Source of the DNA: an uncultured bacterium
Lineage (GTDB): Bacteria; Desulfobacterota; Binatia; UBA1149; CAITLU01
Direction: 5' to 3'
DNA: 64,000 nucleotides
Assembly (NCBI GenBank): GCA_903893315.1
Contig: CAITLU010000031.1
Coordinates: 14,402 to 78,401 of the forward strand
Shown here piece by piece: positions 57,498-64,000 of this stretch (the first letter of the stretch is position 1; the number at the start of each line of letters is the position of its first letter). Both the position numbers and the translations under genes were made by a program. A model generated the notes under the pieces. That model saw only the letters and a list, made by a program, of their open reading frames with translations, ran no database searches and was not told the origin of the DNA.

Positions 57498-57616
57498 GGG
57501 TCGACGGCGCAGCGCGCCGCCGGTCGTGCGCAGCACCTTGGCAGGTCGGCCGTGACCTGCAAGCGGCCTGAGCGCACGAAGTACCAGAGCGCGAGAGCAC
57601 GAAGCAGGCGCGATAG

Positions 57617-58093
57617 ATGAGATGCCCGTTCTGCCAGCATGGCGACGACCGCGTAGTCGACTCGCGCGAGAGCGGCGACGGCGACAGCGTGCGGCGCCGA
57701 CGCGAGTGCTCAAAGTGCGGGCGCCGCTTCACCACTTACGAGCGCGTCGACGCGGTGATGCCGCTGGTCGTCAAGAAGGACGGCCGACGCGAGGCGTGGG
57801 ATCGGCACAAGTTGGTCGCCGGGTTCCACAAGGCCTGTGAAAAGAGGCCGGTTTCCGCGGACGCGATCGAGGATTCGGTCAGCCGGATAGAAAGGACCAT
57901 GCAGGATCGGGGCGTACGGGAACTGGCAAGTACCGAGGTAGGCGAGGCCGTCATGGACAGTCTCAAACGTCTGGATGAGGTCGCGTACGTGCGCTTCGCG
58001 TCGGTCTACAAGTCGTTTCGCGACATCGCCGAGTTTCAGCGTACCGTCGAGAGCCTTGTCAGTGAACGTAAACGGAGCGAGGCAGAGGAGTGA
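57617..58093 (+). CDS. nrdR: Transcriptional repressor NrdR
   Basis: MRCPFC...RRRREC..C..RFTTYE, ATP-cone and [10 protein letters not shown] motifs. Confidence 0.97.
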   Translation: MRCPFCQHGDDRVVDSRESGDGDSVRRRRECSKCGRRFTTYERVDAVMPLVVKKDGRREAWDRHKLVAGFHKACEKRPVSADAIEDSVSRIERTMQDRGVRELASTEVGEAVMDSLKRLDEVAYVRFASVYKSFRDIAEFQRTVESLVSERKRSEAEE

Positions 58094-59223
58094 GTCTCCA
58101 AGCCGGCGCCGCGGAAGATCAACGCTGGATGCGTGTGGCTCTTCAGGAGAGCGCGCTGGCGCTCGGTCATACAAGCCCCAATCCTGCGGTTGGGTGCGTG
58201 CTGGTGCGCGGCGGCAAAGAGTTGGCGCGTGGTCACACCGCGCGGGTAGGCGGACCTCATGCCGAGGCTGAGGCCCTGGATGCACTTGCGGCTGCGGGCA
58301 GGAGTGCCCGTGGTGCGACCGCTTACGTCACGTTGGAGCCCTGCGCCCACTTCGGTCGCACCCCTCCGTGTGCCGATGCTCTCATCGAAGCCGGGATCGT
58401 GCGAGTGGTTGTGGGCTGCCGTGATCCGCACTCGTTGGTGTCCGGCCGTGGTCTGCGAAAACTCCGTCGCGGCGGCGTTCGGGTGGACAAGGGCGTGTTG
58501 GAGAGCGAGTGCGCCGAATCGCTGCGCGGATTTTTTTCGGTGGCCGCTACCGGGCTACCGTTCGTGCACCTTAAACTTGCGGCGACTCTCGACGGGCGCA
58601 TCGCTTCGCGCAGCGGTCAGTCGCGTTGGATTTCCGGTTCACACTCGCGGCGCGTGGTGCAGTCGATGCGCGACCGCGCCGACGCAGTTCTGGTAGGCAT
58701 CGGCACTGTGCTGGCCGACGATCCACGGCTTACCTGCCGTCTTGCCGGCGCCCAGCAGCCCCTGCGTGTGGTGCTGGATCCGCTGCTTCGCACCCCGGCG
58801 CTGTCGCGGGTGGTTGGCGGGCGCGGTCGTGCGTTGATAGTCGGATCGGCGTCAGCGCCGGCGGCGAGGCGACGCGCCCTCGAGAAAGCCGGCGCCGAAG
58901 TGTGGACGCTCAACACTCGGGGGCGCCTGGGTTGGCAGCGTCTGCTGGCCCGGCTTGCTGCCGACGGGGTGCTCGAAGTCCTCGTCGAGGGCGGCGCTGC
59001 GGTTGCGGCTTCGGCTGTGCGAGCCGGTGTGGTCAAGCGCGTCTCAATCTTCTACAACGCGCGGTTCATGGGCGGCGACGGAGTGCCGATGCTGGGGAGT
59101 CTCGGGGTCCTGGACCCCGCCAAAGCGCCCGTTTTGAGAACGCTTCGCTTCGGACGCGTAAGCCAAGTAGACCGCATGAGTCCGGCCCAGGATGACTGGC
59201 TGTGGGAAGGCGAGCCGTTATGA
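58090..59223 (+). CDS. ribD: Bifunctional pyrimidine deaminase/reductase
   Basis: [37 protein letters not shown] and VEGG motifs. Confidence 0.96.
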   Translation: MSLQAGAAEDQRWMRVALQESALALGHTSPNPAVGCVLVRGGKELARGHTARVGGPHAEAEALDALAAAGRSARGATAYVTLEPCAHFGRTPPCADALIEAGIVRVVVGCRDPHSLVSGRGLRKLRRGGVRVDKGVLESECAESLRGFFSVAATGLPFVHLKLAATLDGRIASRSGQSRWISGSHSRRVVQSMRDRADAVLVGIGTVLADDPRLTCRLAGAQQPLRVVLDPLLRTPALSRVVGGRGRALIVGSASAPAARRRALEKAGAEVWTLNTRGRLGWQRLLARLAADGVLEVLVEGGAAVAASAVRAGVVKRVSIFYNARFMGGDGVPMLGSLGVLDPAKAPVLRTLRFGRVSQVDRMSPAQDDWLWEGEPL

Positions 59224-60566
59224 GTACGACCACCAAAGGGAACAAAAAAGGGCAGGGCGGGAAGATCGTCCACCCCGGCAAGACCAGAGCGCTGCGCGCG
59301 GGCGTGGCATCGAAGAAATCGCGCTTTGCCGATGCCGAACTCGAGGCCGCGACCGCGGCTGCGGCCTGTGGATCGGTCGTGGTGCTCTACGACGAGAATC
59401 AGCCTCAGGCCGGCGGTTATCTTTGCGCGAGCGCACGCAGGATCAGCGCCGAGACCGTCAACCTTATGGTGGTCGAGGCCCGCGGTCTGGTGTGTCTGGC
59501 GATGAGCGAAGAGCGCATGCGGCGCCTTGGGATTCCCGTTCTGGTTGCCGAGAGCCCGTTTCTGCGCGGACACGCTTTCGGCGCGTCGATCGAGGCCTCG
59601 TGCGGCGTCACGACTGGGATTTCGGCCGCGGATCGCGCAGCGACGATCCTGGCTTCGAGCGCACCGGGCGCCGGTCCCGCGGACATAGTAATGCCGGGCC
59701 ACATATTCCCGATTCAGGTGCGCAGCGGTGGCGTGCTGGTGCGGCCTGACGCCGCGGCGGCAGCCTCGGATCTTTGCGACCTTGCCGGAGAGAGCGACTG
59801 CGCGGTTCTGTGCGCGGTGCTTGACGAAGCCGGGGAACTGGCTTCCATCGATCTTCTGGAAATCCTGGCGGCCAGACTCGGCGTCCCGATTCTCAAGGTT
59901 GGTTCGCTCGTCGCCTACCGTCTCGCCACCGAACTGGTGGTCGAGCGTGTCGCTGAGAGGACGATAGAGAGCGGCTTCGGCGGGACTTTTCGCGCCATCG
60001 TCTATCGCAATGACTTCGATCATCACGAGCACATGGCGCTGGTTGCCGGGGACATATCGGGCGATCAGCCGGTGACGGTGCGTGCGCACTCTCAGTGTCT
60101 GACGGGCGACGTGTTCGGGTCCACGCGCTGCGACTGCGGTGATCAGTTGCGTCTTGCCATCGACGTCATCTCATCGGAAGGACGCGGCGTGATCGTCTAC
60201 ATGCATCAGGAGGGCCGCGGGATCGGTCTGGCCAACAAGGTGCTTGCGTATGCTTTGCAGGACCTCGGGCGCGATACTGTAGAAGCCAATCTCGAACTGG
60301 GCTTCGGCGAAGACCTGCGTGACTACGGCATTACCGCGCAGATACTGAAGGACCTCGGAGTCCACAAGGTGCGGTTGCTGACCAACAACCCGCAGAAAGT
60401 CGAGAGCCTTGAACGCTACGGCGTCAAGGTGGTGGAACGACGCTCGATCGAAGCGGCTCCTCACGACGACAATATCGGATACCTGCGCACCAAGCGCCGT
60501 AAGCTCGGCCATCTGCTCGATGCCGACAGTCTTGGTGCCGACATCGACGTGGAGGGTTCACGATGA
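59220..60566 (+). CDS. ribBA: RibBA fusion: degenerate DHBP synthase domain plus intact GTP cyclohydrolase II
   Basis: C-terminal RAHSQCLTGDVFGS.RCDC, QEGRGIGL, R.YG and LLTNNP motifs; RibB fold remnants (GLVC, TTGISA.DRA.TI, PGHIFP); ATGA overlap with ribD. Confidence 0.92.
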   Translation: MSTTTKGNKKGQGGKIVHPGKTRALRAGVASKKSRFADAELEAATAAAACGSVVVLYDENQPQAGGYLCASARRISAETVNLMVVEARGLVCLAMSEERMRRLGIPVLVAESPFLRGHAFGASIEASCGVTTGISAADRAATILASSAPGAGPADIVMPGHIFPIQVRSGGVLVRPDAAAAASDLCDLAGESDCAVLCAVLDEAGELASIDLLEILAARLGVPILKVGSLVAYRLATELVVERVAERTIESGFGGTFRAIVYRNDFDHHEHMALVAGDISGDQPVTVRAHSQCLTGDVFGSTRCDCGDQLRLAIDVISSEGRGVIVYMHQEGRGIGLANKVLAYALQDLGRDTVEANLELGFGEDLRDYGITAQILKDLGVHKVRLLTNNPQKVESLERYGVKVVERRSIEAAPHDDNIGYLRTKRRKLGHLLDADSLGADIDVEGSR

Positions 60567-61045
60567 TCGAGGAAAGTGGTTTTCAAGGTGGTGGCGCGAT
60601 TCGTGTGGCGATCGTCGTAAGCCGTTTCAACCAGGCCGTTACCGATAATCTGCTGGAAGGGGCCATGCAGGCCGCAGCAAAGTACGGAGTCGTTGTCGGT
60701 GACGATGACGTGTTCACGGTTCCTGGTGCCTTTGAATTGCCGTTGGTCGCTCTGGCTGCGGCGCGCTGTCCGGAGTACCACGCGGTGGTGTGTCTCGGGG
60801 CGGTGATTCGCGGCGAAACTCCGCACTTCCAGTACGTCTGCGAGCAGGCGGCCTGCGGCATTCGCGAGGCCTCGCTGTCGACAGGAAAGCCGATCGCGTT
60901 CGGCGTGCTGACGACCGACGATTTGCCACAGGCTCTGGCCCGCGCAGGGGGTGATGTAGGCAACAAGGGCTACGAGGCGGTGGTAACGGTGGTCGAGACT
61001 CTCGAAGTGCTTTCGCGTCTGCAGGGCCACGGACTTCACTCGTGA
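60563..61045 (+). CDS. ribH: 6,7-dimethyl-8-ribityllumazine synthase
   Basis: SRFN, VPGAFELP, GAVIRGETPHF.YV, FGVLT and GNKG motifs. Confidence 0.96.
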   Translation: MIEESGFQGGGAIRVAIVVSRFNQAVTDNLLEGAMQAAAKYGVVVGDDDVFTVPGAFELPLVALAAARCPEYHAVVCLGAVIRGETPHFQYVCEQAACGIREASLSTGKPIAFGVLTTDDLPQALARAGGDVGNKGYEAVVTVVETLEVLSRLQGHGLHS

Positions 61046-61545
61046 GTCGATCGCCGCGTAGGAAAGGGCGCGAGGCCGCTCTTCAACTGCTTTACCAGGT
61101 GGAACTCACGGGGGAGCTTTCCGAAGCCATTCTAGAGTTGTTCTGGGAGCAGCACCCGAGCCAGGCAGCCAAAGAAGAAGGCGCGTCAATTCGCGAGTTC
61201 GCGGAACTCCTGGTCAAGGGCGTGATGGCGGATCGTACCCGGATAGATGGGCTCATCGACAGTGCTGCCCGCAACTGGAACCTGGAGAGGCTATCGCGTG
61301 TCGATTTGAGCGTGTTGCGTCTGGCAGTGGGCGAAATGCTCGCGATGCCCGAGACCCCCGCGGCCGTCATCATCAACGAAGCGGTCGAGATCGCCAGGCG
61401 CTTCTCGGACGAGAAGGCGGCGTCGTTCATCAACGCGGTCGTAGATCGTATCGCGCGTGAGCGGGGCGCGGCCAAGGAAGCGCAGCGGCTCGGGGACCAG
61501 GAACGGCCGGGTGTCGTCGACGAGATCAAGACTCAAAGGAACTGA
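61042..61545 (+). CDS. nusB: Transcription antitermination factor NusB
   Basis: RRKGRE.ALQ.LY, W...RL..VD..VLRL and INEAVEIARRF....FINAV.D motifs. Confidence 0.95.
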   Translation: MSRSPRRKGREAALQLLYQVELTGELSEAILELFWEQHPSQAAKEEGASIREFAELLVKGVMADRTRIDGLIDSAARNWNLERLSRVDLSVLRLAVGEMLAMPETPAAVIINEAVEIARRFSDEKAASFINAVVDRIARERGAAKEAQRLGDQERPGVVDEIKTQRN

Positions 61546-61548
61546 CCG

Positions 61549-64000
61549 ATGGCGATCATGGACGCCTACAACCCCGAGGAAATAGAGGCCCGTTGGCAAC
61601 GTCGCTGGGCGGAAGCACCGGCCATGGACGAGGGCAACGCGGGAGAAGAAGCTCCATGTTTCTATCTTCTGGAGATGTTCCCGTATCCCTCCGGACGTAT
61701 CCATATGGGACACGTCCGCAATTACACCATCGGCGACGTGATGGCGCGCTTCCTCAGAGCTCGCGGCTATCGCGTGCTGCATCCGATGGGCTGGGATGCG
61801 TTTGGACTTCCCGCCGAAACGGCTGCCATCCAGCGCGGCGTGGCGCCCGCGAAGTGGACCTACGAAAACATCGAAGCGATGCGCGTGCAGCTTCGCAGGA
61901 TGGGCTTCAGCTACGACTGGAAGCGCGAGCTGGCTACGTGCCATCCCGGCTACTACCGTTGGGAGCAGTTGTTCTTCCTGCAGATGCTCGAGAAGGGCAT
62001 CGCGTACCGCAAGAAAGCTGTCGTCAACTGGTGCGAGCAGTGCGGCACCGTTCTCGCCAACGAGCAGGTGGAAGGCGAGCAGTGCTGGCGGGGGCACCGG
62101 CCGGTCACGCAGAAAGAGATTGACGGCTGGTTTCTGCGCATCACCGCCTACGCGGACGAATTGCTCGACGGCCTCGACACACTCGAAGGCTGGCCTGAGA
62201 AAGTGCGCACCATGCAGCGCAACTGGATCGGCCGCAGCTACGGCGTTCAGATCGCCTTTCCGTTGGTGGAATGCGAAGGCAGCCTCGAAGTTTTCACGAC
62301 CCGCGCCGACACGCTTTTCGGGGTGACTTTCGCGAGTATTGCCGCCGAGCACCCGCTGGCAGAGCGTCTGGCCGAGGCCGGCGGCAGGCAAAGCGAGGTG
62401 CGCGCGTTCGTCGATCGAATACGCCGACAGGAAGCGACCGAGCGGGCTCAAGGAAAGGAAGGCGTTTTCACCGGCTGTCATGTCGTCAATCCGGTGAGCG
62501 GGGAACGAGTTCCGGTCTACGTGGCCAACTTCGTGCTGATGAGTTACGGCACCGGAGCGGTGATGGCGGTTCCGGCCCATGACCAGCGCGATTTCGATTT
62601 CGCCAGGCGTTACGAGATTCCGATCCGCGTGGTTGTGCAGTCCGAGGGCGGCGACCTCGACGGCGATGCGATGACCGCGGCTTACGAAGACGACGGCGTA
62701 CTGGTGGCCAGCGGCGAGTTCACCGGCAAGACCAGCGAGATGGCGAGAAGCGAAATCGCCGAACATCTGCAGGCAGCCGGCAAGGGCCGCAAGACGGTCA
62801 ACTACCGGCTGAGAGACTGGGGCATTTCCCGTCAGCGTTACTGGGGCGCGCCGATCCCGGTCGTGCACTGCACGGCGTGCGGCGTGGTTCCCGTTGCAGT
62901 CGAGCAACTTCCGGTGATTCTGCCGACCGACGTCGAGTTGCTGGCCGGCGGCGCTTCGCCGCTGCCGACGCTCGAAAGCTGGGTCAATACGCAGTGTCCG
63001 CGCTGCAAAGGGGCGGCAAGGCGCGAGACCGACACGATGGACACTTTCGTCGAGTCGTCGTGGTATTTCCTGCGCTACACGTCAGCGCGCCTGGACACTG
63101 CGCCGTTCGATCCGCTGGAACTCGAGAAATGGCTGCCGGTCGATCACTACATCGGCGGTGTCGAGCACGCGGTGTTGCACCTGCTCTACTCGCGCTTCTT
63201 CACTCGGGTGCTGCGTGACCTTGGCTGGATTCGTCTCGATGAGCCGTTCCGCAACCTGCTCACTCAGGGCATGGTCATCAAGGACGGCGCCAAGATGAGC
63301 AAGTCCAAGGGCAATGTGGTCGACCCCGACGATCTCATCAACGCCTACGGCGCCGACACTGCCAGACTGTTTTCGATGTTCGCCGCGCCGCCCGAAAAAG
63401 ATCTCGATTGGAGCGAGCGCGGGGTGGACGGCAGCTACCGATTTCTTACGCGGGTGTGGCGTCTGGCCATGGCGTTTGAAGGGCGGCAACTTGCGTGGGC
63501 TGATCCCGGCCGGAGCGATGTCGGGGGCGCTCCTGATGAAGACGGCGGAGGTAAGCTTCGGTCGCTGGTCCACGAGACGATCCGCCGTGTCACTCATGAC
63601 ATCGGTGAGCGCAGGCATTTCAATACCGCGGTGGCTGCTATCATGGAGTTGGTTAACGCGATCTACGAGAGAAGGGCGCTGCGCCAGAGCGACGACGCGA
63701 TAACGCACTTCGCCACAGCCACGGTGCTGCGTCTGCTGGCACCTTTTGCGCCTCACATCACCAGCGAACTTTGGGAGAGGCTGGTCGGAACTCCCGCGCT
63801 CGACCGGCTGCTCTGGCCTGAAGTAGACGCTACGGCACTGGTACGCGAGACACTGGAAATGGCGGTGCAGATAAACGGCAAGGTGCGGGCGCATATCTCT
63901 GTGCCGGCCGATGCGACGGAAGCAGACGTTCTCGCGACGGCTTTGGCGGAAGAAAAAGTAGCCGGTGAACTGGCGGGACGTTCACCGCGCAAGACCGTGG
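61549..64000 (+). CDS. leuS: Leucyl-tRNA synthetase (partial, runs off right edge)
   Basis: Not in the ORF track. Manual read gives MFPYPSGRIHMGHVRNY (HIGH), MQRNWIG, FTTRADT, YGTGAVMAVPAHDQRD, DWGISRQRYWG and KMSKSKGN. Confidence 0.97.
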   Translation, partial: MAIMDAYNPEEIEARWQRRWAEAPAMDEGNAGEEAPCFYLLEMFPYPSGRIHMGHVRNYTIGDVMARFLRARGYRVLHPMGWDAFGLPAETAAIQRGVAPAKWTYENIEAMRVQLRRMGFSYDWKRELATCHPGYYRWEQLFFLQMLEKGIAYRKKAVVNWCEQCGTVLANEQVEGEQCWRGHRPVTQKEIDGWFLRITAYADELLDGLDTLEGWPEKVRTMQRNWIGRSYGVQIAFPLVECEGSLEVFTTRADTLFGVTFASIAAEHPLAERLAEAGGRQSEVRAFVDRIRRQEATERAQGKEGVFTGCHVVNPVSGERVPVYVANFVLMSYGTGAVMAVPAHDQRDFDFARRYEIPIRVVVQSEGGDLDGDAMTAAYEDDGVLVASGEFTGKTSEMARSEIAEHLQAAGKGRKTVNYRLRDWGISRQRYWGAPIPVVHCTACGVVPVAVEQLPVILPTDVELLAGGASPLPTLESWVNTQCPRCKGAARRETDTMDTFVESSWYFLRYTSARLDTAPFDPLELEKWLPVDHYIGGVEHAVLHLLYSRFFTRVLRDLGWIRLDEPFRNLLTQGMVIKDGAKMSKSKGNVVDPDDLINAYGADTARLFSMFAAPPEKDLDWSERGVDGSYRFLTRVWRLAMAFEGRQLAWADPGRSDVGGAPDEDGGGKLRSLVHETIRRVTHDIGERRHFNTAVAAIMELVNAIYERRALRQSDDAITHFATATVLRLLAPFAPHITSELWERLVGTPALDRLLWPEVDATALVRETLEMAVQINGKVRAHISVPADATEADVLATALAEEKVAGELAGRSPRKTV

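Noticed and set aside
1-64000. CRISPR arrays, rRNA/tRNA genes, transposases, integrases or prophage genes
   Set aside because: None recognised; the repeats seen are protein-level (FG-GAP, hexapeptide, low-complexity linkers).

Overview
GC-rich bacterial chromosomal window. Gene order and the small hypothetical protein at 8.9 kb suggest a Deltaproteobacteria-like lineage, probably Candidatus Binatia (inference only). 1-8.6 kb: a truncated membrane protein gene, a GT-C glycosyltransferase, two acyl-CoA dehydrogenases, metF, a cyclophilin lipoprotein and an F420-type LLM reductase. 8.8-13.9 kb: a sigma54 promoter, a small hypothetical protein, a degenerate histidine-kinase-like protein, an NtrC-type regulator and an ExeA-like ATPase with LysM. 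14.4-52.4 kb: a ~38 kb co-directional Wzx/Wzy-type glycan locus. It encodes OPX, a co-polymerase, a degenerate BY-kinase, Wzy/WaaL, Wzx, 5 GT4, 3 GT2, a GT-C and sugar-nucleotide enzymes. It also carries four alkaline-phosphatase/sulfatase-superfamily enzymes, an HprK-like kinase, an amine-dehydrogenase-like enzyme and an FG-GAP protein. 52.4-64 kb: housekeeping block hisG, lpxD, yceD-rpmF-acpP-rpiB-glyA-nrdR-ribD-ribBA-ribH-nusB-leuS(partial). Best leads: a repeated GT-C plus membrane-anchored Thr-type 'sulfatase' module; a candidate structured leader RNA before the glycan operon; two pseudo-kinases; a CUG start codon; absence of the fab genes and riboflavin synthase from otherwise conserved operons; and a catalytically eroded RibB domain. 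All family assignments are motif recognition by eye, with no database searches. No rRNA, tRNA, CRISPR or mobile element was seen.
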